Of a stretch of 34,429 nucleotides of DNA, positions 1-10,389 are shown in pieces. The stretch covers positions 34,069,032 through 34,103,460 of the forward strand of contig NC_068992.1 of NCBI RefSeq assembly GCF_001194135.2, in the 5' to 3' direction. A program made the translations under genes and the position numbers. This DNA comes from Octopus bimaculoides (taxonomy: Eukaryota). Below the pieces are notes generated by a model. That model saw only the letters and a program-made list of their open reading frames with translations, had not been told where the DNA came from and searched no databases. The stretch's first letter is position 1. Each line of letters begins with the position of its first letter.

Positions 1-57
<57 letters not shown>
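1..57. repeat. (TAT/TTA)n microsatellite
   Basis: Perfect trinucleotide run from base 1 to about 57. Confidence 0.98.
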
Positions 58-281
58 GAAGACAGCGAGCTGGCAGGATCATTAGCACACTGGACGAAAT
101 GCTTAGTGGTATTTCACCTATTGTTATGTTCTGAGTTCAAATTCCACCAAGGTCGACTTGCCTTTCATTATTTTGGGGTCAATAAATTAAGTACCAGTGA
201 AACATTGGGGTCGATGTAACTGACGTATCCCTTCCCCAAAAATTTCAGGCCTTGTGCCTTTAGTAGAAAGGATTATTATTA
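58..281 (+). mobile_element. tRNA-derived SINE with Nin/Deu-like central domain
   Basis: B-box-like GAGTTCAAATTCC at 133-145, then GGTCGACTTGCCTTTCATTATTTTGGGGTCAATAAATTAAGTACCAGT (Nin-domain-like, recognised from memory) and an ATT tail. A homologous copy lies on the minus strand at 32730-32950. Confidence 0.85.
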
Positions 282-389
282 CTGATATTTTAGATGACTC
301 CTGTAGTGTCTGCTAATATGATTATTAACACATTTTAAATTCTGACTCTTCTCATATGCAATACATCCACATTATAAAATATCATACTT

Positions 390-455
390 AAGACACACAC
401 ACACATACACATACATACATACACACACACAAGCAGAGAAGCATATATATATATA
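390..455. repeat. Compound (CA)n/(TACA)n/(TA)n microsatellite
   Basis: Directly visible. Confidence 0.95.
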
Positions 456-1077
456 TGCAGGATGATTTTGAATACAAGAAATACTATATAATGCAGATTT
501 GAAAGATTGTTTACTTGGGGGCAGAAAATTTATTAGTTGAGAAAAATGTTGGAAATAGACCACAGCAGGTCATTGGAAATTAATAAATTGCCATAAGATT
601 TATTTGAACACCTCTTTACTCACATCTTAACTTTGAATTTTTCTTTCCTTTTCTTTCTAATTTGTGCTGCAACTCTGAGAATATATTCCAGCAAATGAAT
701 CAATGTTCATTAAGAACTTCATCTCTCAAAATCAACATTTAGCTGAATATTTGCAAAGTATTTTGATCAAAATTAATGATTTAAATTACTGGCAAAACTG
801 TCCAGTATTTCTGATTCTTAATTAATCAAGTGCCAAATGTGGCCTCAAAAGTGAATTGTTCCATCTCTTGGAACACTTATAAATTGGTTTCAATCCAGCA
901 AGTAATTTAACTTTTTCAGTAAATAATTCTTAACCTGGCATTCATCTACTTCAATAAGAAAAAAGAAATCAATTAAATTATTTTCGGTCAACTTTCAAAT
1001 TAGGAATAACTATTATATCTGTAAATCTATATATGGTAAAAATGGTGAAGCAGTTAAATTATTTGACTAAATACTGA

Positions 1078-1250
1078 AGTTGTTGTTTAACCCTGGCTTG
1101 TCCTGATCAAGAAGACTTATGATCACAGTCATTCTATGTGTGAACATTCTGTCTTTTTTGTATATCACCTACTGAATTATCCAGTGTAACTTTAAACTCT
1201 AAGGTGTGTTGGAGGATAATTTGGCAGCTATTTCTGACCAGCTATGTAGC
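1078..1250 (-). mobile_element. Old unclassified interspersed repeat with (CAA)n-type tail
   Basis: The reverse complement shares AAATAGCTGCCAAAT, ACACTGGATAAT and GATCAGG...GGTTAAACAACAAC with fragments at 2925-3005, 6730-6856 and 34140-34165. Confidence 0.55.
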
Positions 1251-2154
1251 TGCTAACTGGGATAAGTTTCAGAGCAAGATATCAAATTCTACATGCATCT
1301 GTTTAAGTAGCAAGAGAAATTTACCTGCTGTAGACTTATTATATAAACCATAGCAATACCCCAATTCTATGGAAACTTCTAACTTTTCAAATGAAAAATT
1401 TAGCATGCAAAATTACACTGAGGATTGCTCTCAGGATTCTAACAGCTGATCTCAACCACTTCTCAGCTTTTTTTTTTATTGTCTTCTCTTATGAGTGCCT
1501 CCCTTTCACAGCATGTATCAGTTTTTCAGAGAACATTCATTGTCCGTTCACATCATTTCTTTATACCAGTGTAACAATCACTCCTACCAATATTGGCTGA
1601 TGATTGTAGTGCTTAGTCATCTTACAGATCAGAAATCATAAGATTTTCACCTCATTAAATATTGCTCTTGTTCAATAGCTCTTGTCAGATTCATTTGAGA
1701 AAATATACAAGGGGTTATATGATCAGAGAAGCATAGAGGGTGTAGTAATTGTCTTTATTGTTTTCTGGAATAGTTCCTTAATTTTTATAACTTAAATAAG
1801 TGATCCCATCCTAAAAGACAATTTCAAATGACAGATTTTGCTGTAGTATTAATCAGGTTCAAAAGCAATGCTGAAGGGCCTTTGTTGGCTACTAAATATT
1901 TTATGCAAATTGGAATTAGCTTTTAAGAGAGAGAGACTTAAGAATCATGGTAACTATACATAAAGCCATCTCTTTTTCTGTTAAGTCAGCATTTCTCCTC
2001 TCTGTCAAAGGCATTCTAATTATAAGGATACTTTTATATAACATCAGTTTAGTACCTTAAAGATTATATGTACAAATGTATGACTCTATTTTATACATGC
2101 TTTATACACTCTCTCTTAAACTCAGCTTGAAATGCTTCTCCTTTTCCTTATTTT

Positions 2155-2250
2155 TACACACACACTCACACACACATACACACACCACAGATATTACACA
2201 CTCACACACCACACACATTACACACTCACACACACATATCCACACATTCA
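2155..2250. repeat. Degenerate (CA)n microsatellite
   Basis: Directly visible CA-rich run. Confidence 0.9.
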
Positions 2251-3067
2251 CAGAACATTTGAATGCAAAAAGAAAACATTTGGAACTATTGTTGGAAAAT
2301 ATTGTGTCTGAAATTACTAGAAGTTATTAAAAAGAGTAACATGAGAGTTATAAGCAATATTTCCAAGCAAAATAGATTAAATATTTTTAAAAAATCCATT
2401 TAGAAAATTTTAAAAATGTAAACATTTAGTAATTTTATTAAAGTGACATTTAAGAAATAAGACATTTTCTGACATTGCATAAATCTATAAGATTACTTCA
2501 CCATTTTATAAATTGCTTTCTTATTTTTTCTTCCAAAAATCAGATTAAACTTTAATAATCTTTCCGTTTATTGATGTACAAATTGCAAATTAAGCACAGA
2601 ACATCTTATTGTACAAATCCCTCTTGCTAATTTTTAAAGAAACTTCCATTTTTTAATCAGCCAATAGCATATTAAATATTACTGGCAGCAAAGATCCCAA
2701 ATGGAATATTTTTATTTTCCATGACAAAGGATTAGTAAAAGGTGGTTGATATCTTTAAACACGTGAAATTTAAGGCTATTAGTTGAAACTACTTACTAAT
2801 ATCTCACAAGTTCAAATTCTACCACAGTTATCAAGATGAAACTAAGAACCATTCTCATTTGTTACTTGAGTGGCATATAAAAAATATTATCTGACTGAGC
2901 CAATGAGGGGCCATTCATTTTGCAAAAATTAGCAGCCAAATGGCCAGCAAATGATACCATATTATCTTGAAAAGAACAACATATTAGATAATGATGACTC
3001 TAGAATTCTATGAAAAGACAAGATCATCCAATTATTTATAAATTTTTCCAATCAACATATTTTTTTA

Positions 3068-3289
3068 TTCTTTTACTTGTTTCAGTCATTTGACTGTAGC
3101 AATGCTGGAGTACCACCTTGAGGGGTTTTAGTCAAACAAATTGATCCCAGGACTTATTTTTAAAACCTTGTACTTACTCTATCAGTCTCTTTTGCTGAAC
3201 CACTAAGTTACAAGGATGTAAACAAACCAACACTGGTTGTCAAGCAGTGATAGGGGAACAAACACAGACACAAAGACATACACGCATTG

Positions 3290-3341
<52 letters not shown>

Positions 3342-3365
3342 GTATGTATATACATATACATATAC
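3068..3365 (-). mobile_element. 3' half of CORE-like tRNA SINE plus its internal (TA/CA)n tract
   Basis: The reverse complement matches 19700-19915 (GACAACC...GTGTTTAC.TCC..TAACTTAG...CAAAAGAGA.TGATAGA...CCTGGG...CTCCAGCAT..C..CAGTCAAATGACTGAAACAA). Confidence 0.9.
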
Positions 3366-3837
3366 TGCATATACTGGCATATAATACGACTGGGTGTACA
3401 AGAAGACACCCCAGGATTTCTATTTAAAAAGTGAGTTTTGAGCTATACTTGCTGTATAAGACTACTCCAAGTTTTCGTGGAAAATAGATCGAGCAAGGAG
3501 GGTATGAGGTTCATAGCTAATGAGTTCAGATGAGCTGTAGCTTCCCCAGTGGCCTCTGAATCCTCTGGTTTTGTTTGTGTTTTAATAACATTTTAACTAT
3601 ATTTCAATCAGTAAACTTTGTATGCAACAATTCTGCAGACTTTGTTGTATAAGGCTAATCTAGTTCTCTTCAAAAAGTGGTTAAATATTGTAAATTACCT
3701 ACTATAATACACTATGGTAAACACTACCATAGTAAAGTCACTTGAGCATCAGTTATTTTACAAGAACAAATATGGTGTCAAGTATACCATAATAACATAA
3801 TTTACTTGAAATAGATTTACAGATTTACTTACAGTAT

Positions 3838-3870
<33 letters not shown>

Positions 3871-3999
3871 GTTTAATGTCCGCTTTCCATGCTAGCATGG
3901 GTTGGACGATTTGACTGAGGACTGGTGAACCAGATGGCTACACCAGGCTCCAATCTGATTTGGCAGAGTTTCTACAGCTGGATGCCCTTCCTAACACCA
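3838..3999 (-). mobile_element. RTE-clade LINE 3' terminus (5'-truncated) with (GAT)n tail
   Basis: (ATC)n tail at 3838-3870 and CCATGCTAGCATGG palindrome at 3887-3900. Nearly identical to 29891-30040 and homologous to the 3' ends of the RT-bearing copies ending at 23422 and 29503. Confidence 0.92.
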
Positions 4000-5007
4000 G
4001 AAATGTTATAAAATACACTACAAGTATTTTCTTTAATTTGTAAATTTTATCTTACTTTACAAAACTGTTGGTTTTGAAACAGCATATCCCTTTTGATGCT
4101 GCTCACAGACCATGTCTACTACATACTTGTCCAGATTCAGCCAGGATGCAGTGCCACCTCTCATTGCACATTTTGTCCTGAGTATACTCCTTGATAAGTT
4201 TTTCTTTAATCTCCAAACTCTTACCATCTTCTTGGTATTCTCTCACAGCAGCACAGTTGTTGTGTGACTTGGTGTATGCTACCACTTTCAGCTTAAAACC
4301 AGCTTAATATTTATTTTGTTTATCACTTGGAGCCATGATGGGGGTTTTCAGTTATTGAAAATTAATGTTCACCCAGTGAGAGTACTGGTGCTTATGAGAG
4401 ACTGACAACTTGAGCCTTTTCAAGAAATCCTGTCTGTAAATGTTTAAAAGTTAGCAGTAACTGTGATTGGTCTGACTAACATGAACTGGCCCATTACAGA
4501 AGGTACTGGTACATGCTGCTGATCTACAGTAACAGGTAGGTTAGTTACTGTAAACTACACTTGTCCTGAAGGCTCCCCAGCTGGCTGAGCACTGTATGAG
4601 AAAGTGCTCTAAGAAGACAGTGTAAAGAGAATGGACACTGAGTCGGGCTGAATTGGCTGATTGTTTACATTTTCTGTTCACTGGCTGTTACAAATAGTGA
4701 CTGCTGTCTATCTGCTAAGTTTGCAGTGCTGCTATTTTAATATAATCCTACTATAAATCCAGCTTCTCAAACATACATGTAAGTATCAGTAGAAAATACT
4801 ACGCAGTAGAACCATAGGATCTATGTAAGTGCTTTACACTGTTCCCCATTGACATTGGTGCTACTCTAAACCACAAGAAGTTAAGGTTCAGATTTTATAC
4901 AGAGTATATAAAACGACTCCTAGTTATAGGGTTAATTATTTTAAAGTTCAAATTCCATCCTGTATGCCAGTATATATGGTGTATGTATATATATACATAC
5001 ACACACA

Positions 5008-5162
5008 CAACAGGTTTCTTTCAGTTTCCATCTACCAAATCCAGTCACAAGGCTTTGGCCACCCTGGGGCTATAGTAGAAGACACTTGTCCAAAGTGCTA
5101 TGCAATGGGACTGAACCCAAAACCTTGTGATTGGGAAGCAAGTTTCGTACCACACAGCTGAC
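5008..5162 (-). mobile_element. 5' half of CORE-like tRNA SINE
   Basis: The reverse complement aligns with 18969-19130 (GCTGTGTGGTA...GGGTTCAGTCCCA...GGACAAGTGTCTTCTACTATAGCC...AAAGCCTTGTGA.TGGATTTGG). Confidence 0.9.
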
Positions 5163-6729
5163 TATTATAGAATGATTTTACTTGGAGTTAACACATTAAA
5201 TCCCATTCTACACAAAACCTAACTCTCAATGTCTAAATCGACACCACTGAAGTTAGCCACAATCTACCAATGTATAAGGCTGCAACCTCGTAAAAGTGGC
5301 ATGTACTTTCTTAGCTTGCATTTATGATATGTAATTATTGTGGATGGGAGAACATGAAGCCACCTTGAAGAAAAGTAGAGTTAAGTATTAAGGCAGTAAC
5401 TTTAAGCCATAAAACATGAAACATTGTAGAAACTAATGACAACTGAAGTGATACTGTCAAGTCTAAGAGTTAGTAATCATTTGGAAAATGGGAAATGCAT
5501 TAAAAACAATATATAAACAAGATATGATTACAAGACTTTTGTATATAATAAACTTAAATGTCTACTTTTGCAATGTTTCAATTTAGATCACTAGATAATA
5601 ACAGTTTTAAAAGTCTATAAAAAAAAATGTCCAACTATTCTTCTAGATAAACAATACTTTGAATTGAGCGTACCTCTTTTCATTTAGCTGGGCAGTATAG
5701 CTTATAGAAATCTCTCAGTATTTTCAACTTCTCAACTTTAACACCACCCTATAAATGGATGATAAAACCTAAAATAATGCAAACCAGAAAATTCAGCTTT
5801 CTACTACATTAGTAGTATTTTATAATAATGGTAATTAAAAGTAATATAATATTTTTAATTAAGTCTTGCAGCAATAAAATGAATAGGCTATTAATGAACC
5901 TGATTGGATACGAATAATTTGCTTAGAACTAATGCAATTGCCAAGGTTTAACTTTATGACATTTGGGTTTAATGGTCCCAAACTTTAACGCCTTTATGTA
6001 CCTATTTTGAAACAATTTAATTTCTAATAAGGTGGACATTGATATCAGTTAAATGTATAGTTCTATTAATTGACTTAGCTTTAAATGGGTCATTGAATGC
6101 TTTCACATAATCTCTTGATCTTCACAAATATAATTGCCAAATCTCAGCCATCTTTAAAACTGGAGTAAATTGTGAAATCCCAGGAAACTGGTGATGGCCT
6201 GCTTCAATGATATTTAGTCAGTAGGGGAGAGTTCATAGAAGAGTTTGATAAGTTTAATTGCTGTCATGATGAGTGTAGAATCTAATATTTCAAACCCTAT
6301 TCTTCATCTGAAAGTGAGGAAATTAAATGGGATCTTTAAAATAAGAAAGATATTTTAGTACTGAATTTTGGGACAGTATACAATAAAAACTGATTGACCA
6401 TGAATAAAAACGTTGGTTGAATGCAGCAGTTAATCACCTATGTCTATTCAATAAGTTTGATAAGACCAGAGCTGACAACTATAATGACAATCATGACAGC
6501 AGCTACAATAACAGCAACAATGACAACAACCAATTTTAAGTACACTTAAACCTATTTGTTTGAAGATCTTAAAGAATCATGTTAAAATATAAATTGACAT
6601 CATGAAAGTTCACAATAACAATAATACCAATAATACCTGTAAGTAATCAACAGTTGAGTCCCAATCCTGGTGGCACAATATGATAGAAAAGACATCAGCA
6701 GCTTTCTTAACTCAGGCTCTAAGTTCTTA

Positions 6730-6856
6730 GAAATGCAAGGAAACATTGGATAATGTACTTCTAGATAAAGTTTGTCAAACAAAAAAATGGAGAAATCATG
6801 GCTGGTATGTCTTTGTTCTGTTCTATCAGGGCTGATATGAGGCTAAATAACAACAA
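6730..6856 (+). mobile_element. Old unclassified (CAA)n-tailed repeat fragment
   Basis: ACATTGGATAAT...CATGGCTGGTATGTCTTTG...ATCAGGGCTGA...GGCTAAATAACAACAAT, similar to the reverse complement of 1078-1250. Confidence 0.5.
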
Positions 6857-8765
6857 TGGGAAAAACTAAGATCATGAGATTTAGAAGATAAGGACAAGGG
6901 AGATTAAGAATAAGTAAATAGAAAATTATTTGTTGATGGCAAACTTCAAATTAAGTTTCTTCTTCAAGAGGAAACAGTATAATTTCATTGATTACTATTT
7001 ATTCGTCATCATCAAAACTACTTCATCAAGAACAATGATACCTATATTAGGGATAAAACCTTCTCTGGATTTGATAAGATTATTCTGATTATCTCAGAAT
7101 GTTTATTAGTTCTAAAGGAATGAGAGGTTAATGTGGAAAGAAAGCATGAGACAGTATACTGCACTGTATTTAATCGAATCCTACCCCGAGTGTTACTTTT
7201 GCAAATTTCATTAAACAGAAACTATACTAAACTCCAGAAATACACCCAACACTCTTTCCCATCTCAGAGCTTGAAATACAGGAATAAATAGCTATAAATA
7301 AACATATTAATATATAAATAAGTAATTATAAACATATAAATTCAAAACAAAATTTAGCAAATTATAAAAAAAAACATTTTTTTTTTCTGTTTATATTTGT
7401 TTATCATCTACTGCTATGGAATTGGTATTTTGTTTCACCTTTCTCATATTTTCGATGGACATTTCTTTAGAATAATTTTATCCAATATCATTATCATGGG
7501 ATTATACAAGTAATTGTATTTTTTCTTTTGCTTTATTATTATTTTTTTATTTTCTATTTGAAATTGTGTTTCCTAGGTTATATTCTGCAATAATTGCTTA
7601 ACACAAAAAATATAATGAAATATAAAAATTTATTTTACCAAATGCAATAGAAAGAATGTTCTCACATCTTTGATAATTCCGAATAAAGTTAAATAGATAG
7701 AAGAGAAGGTGGGGACCAAGCATTCATGCATCTCCTTTGAGAAGGCAATAAGTAGTCAATTGAAGTGATAAAAAAATTGACTCCAACCAGTAGTTAATAG
7801 CTAAAAACAATTTGTATCGTTAATGTGTGAAAACAAAAATCCTGATGGCTTTTCAAGAAATATTTAACCTTCATGGGCTAAGTCACGATGGCTGTCAATA
7901 ACTTCCAAAATGTTCAATAGAAGCAATGGTGATCAATGTTGACCTTTCAAACAAATTCTAATAAAGAAAACAAACTGATCGAAAGGCAATATTTAAAGTG
8001 GCTGTGGGAGAACATGTTGACTAATGATCAACTGAAAATAAAAATACAAGAGCAATGAATTCATTATTTTCTGAATAAGGGTTTAAACAGTCTGTAAAGA
8101 GACTGAATTGAAGATAGGGTAATGTACTGGAATATGAGTGCATGAGATACATGTTCAAATCTATTACAAGCATGTTTTTGTTTCCAGTCATAATTCTTAT
8201 TACTTTTGTTTCAATATTTGCATAAATTGAAAGGCTTTCGAATTGCAGTTTTTTTTTATATACTGTTGCACGCAGTAGCAAAGAAAAGCATTTTAATCGA
8301 CAATGTGAGAAACTGGTAGTAAAGTTTCTGGGACAGAGTATTATTTCTTTCAAAAGAACAAAACTTCAGATGAAAAGTGAGGATATAGATTTGTGTAAAT
8401 TCAGATTAAAAAAAACAAAAAACAAAAACAAACAACTAAACAATATATGTGGAAAGGTTCCAATGCAGAACATAAACCAAGTTTAAAACTTTGTTTACTT
8501 AAAAGCTTACTACTACATAATATATGTTTTGAGAAAAGAACTGAAAGATAAATTAAATCAAAATTTTGTGTTTTTATTTTTAATTATGGATTTCTTTTGG
8601 CCTAATTTCTGATTATCTCAACGGTAATAGTTTATCCCAAGTGAAATTCTAGAGACAAGAAATGAAGTCACATCATGTAATTTGCAGAGTTACTTCTTTA
8701 TGGCATTCTTCCATAAAACAGAGTTGATTATCAAATATTATATTGTTGTCTTTCCATTTCTTTGT

Positions 8766-9150
8766 TATGGTATGGCTGTGTGGTAAGAAGCTTGCATTCC
8801 AAGCACATGGTACCAGGTTCAGTCCAACTTTACAGCACTTTAGGCAAGTGTCATCTACAAAGTGACCAAAATTTTGTAGGCAGAAACTGAAAGAAGTTTA
8901 TCATATGTATGTGTGTGTGTGTGTGCATGTGTGTGTGTGTGTGTGTGTGTAAATATGTGTGTGTGTGTGTATGTCTTTGTGTTTGACTTGCATCATAATT
9001 TTATAACCAGAACTGATTTGTTTGTGTCAACGTAACTTAAATGTTTTGTCAAAAGAATATGATAAAATAAATGCAAGGCTAAAGCAATAAGTACTTGGGT
9101 CAACTTGTTTTACTAAAACCTTCAAGGTAGTGTCCCAGTGAGGCAGCAGT
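8766..9150 (+). mobile_element. Degraded full-length CORE-like tRNA SINE with internal (TG)n
   Basis: Head GGCTGTGTGGTAAG...GGTTCAGTCC, then GGCAAGTGTC, GAAACTGAAAGAAG, a (TG)n tract at 8905-8970 and a diverged 3' half. Confidence 0.8.
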
Positions 9151-9345
9151 GATGATGATGGTGGTGGTGGTGGTGGTGGTCAGGGATGATGGTGAGAGTA
9201 AGTGATGTGAAAGACAGTGGTGATGGTGGTGGAGGAGAAGGTGGCGAACTCAAAGGTATTGATGGTGATGGCATCAGATGTCTGAATGGTGTGTGTATGG
9301 CAGTTGTGGTGGCGATGGTGGTGGTACTGGTGATGGCAATGGTTG
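9150..9345. repeat. (GGT/GAT)n low-complexity tract
   Basis: Degenerate trinucleotide repeats directly after the SINE. They generate the poly-His/Pro/Gly ORFs. Confidence 0.85.
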
Positions 9346-9814
9346 AAAACAATCAACAGAAAGAGTGAGAGAGAAAGAAAGAGGTTAGACAGAAAAAGAA
9401 ATTGTACTGACCCCTGAATGGGAAGACAAAGACTGTTGTTTATCATGCAGCTTTCCAATAAGTTCCAAGTCAACATATGTCACTGTTTTGAGGAAAATTG
9501 TTCAATGCTTGAAAAATATAGTTCAAGTTTAATAAAATTTAATATGAAGTGTCATTGTTGGGCCCAAGGCTCAATGAAGAGCCCTCCACAGGAGCTAACT
9601 TAAAAATCACTTGATAGGACTAATATCACATATATTTGTCACCTTTTGGAACAAAAAATGGATTTCTCTCTTAAAAGTCATAATCTAGTAACAAAAATAA
9701 AAAATAATGATAATTTGTAAAAGAGAGAAATGAGATTGTGTTATCTAAATAAACTATTAACGATGAAAAGGAAATGAGTTGGTAATCTCTTCTTCCTTGT
9801 TTTATTTTTCCTTG

Positions 9815-9932
9815 TCATCGCCTTCTTCTTCTTTTTCTTCTTCTTCTTCTCATGATTATTCTCATTATTACTATTATTATTGTTATTATTATTATTGTTG
9901 TTGTTGTTGCTGTTGTTGTTGTTGTTGTTGTT
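9815..9932. repeat. Compound (CTT)n(ATT)n(GTT)n microsatellite
   Basis: Directly visible. Likely the evolved tail of the adjacent minus-strand retroposon. Confidence 0.95.
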
Positions 9933-10302
9933 ATGACTGAGTGAGAGAGCAGAGCATGCCATCAAAGTGACACTGGTGTAAAATATATGAAACCCAGTAT
10001 ACCCATCATGACTATCCGTCTGATAAGGGTACACAAGGCACATGCATCACAACCATATGTGCACAACATGGTGATCTCATATCAAGATAAACAGCACATG
10101 AACTTGCAGGTGGAACTGAGTTAGAATTTTCTTCAGGCTGATTACCCCATCCTACTCAAAAGGTCCCTGAATTAGAATTCTTTTTAGGATGTTGAATGAA
10201 ACACCCATAGTTCCAAAGGTAGATTATCCAAACCTCCAAAAAATCTTTTCAGCACATGACTATGATGTTCCCCAACTACTTCTACTTGTGATCAGAGATG
10301 CA
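9933..10302 (-). mobile_element. Unclassified non-coding retroposon 3' region with AAC/AAT-type tail
   Basis: A more GC-balanced block bounded by the microsatellite on one side and the R4 tail on the other. It resembles an abundant octopod repeat from memory; the family is not assigned. Confidence 0.55.
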
Positions 10303-10389
10303 CATTATTATTATTATTATTGCCTTTGCACAGCCGGAGATGTACTACAGTATCAGCTGTCCACTACCAGTGAACTAAAGTAACACCTC

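Noticed and set aside
6266-6364. C box (ATGATGA) and D box (CTGA) suggesting a C/D snoRNA
   Set aside because: The first CTGA is too close (about 46 nt total), the second lacks a properly positioned terminal stem, and I recognise no rRNA-complementary guide.
6637-6760. 124-nt minus-strand exon candidate (EVHYPMFPCISKNLEPELRKLL...)
   Set aside because: The acceptor and polypyrimidine tract come from the antisense A-run of the old repeat at 6730-6856, the donor is weak (GTATTA) and the peptide is unrecognised.
7158-7285. Possible MITE starting CTGTATTTAATCGAATC
   Set aside because: Only about 8 bp (AAATACAG) of a matching inverted end is found and there is no clear TSD.
8021-8353. 110-aa minus-strand ORF
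   Set aside because: Non-ATG start, no recognisable motif, AT-rich composition and no coherent splice pair. It is compatible with chance.
9122-9476. Overlapping poly-His/Pro/Gly ORFs
   Set aside because: They are translations of a (GGT/GAT)n low-complexity tract next to a SINE.
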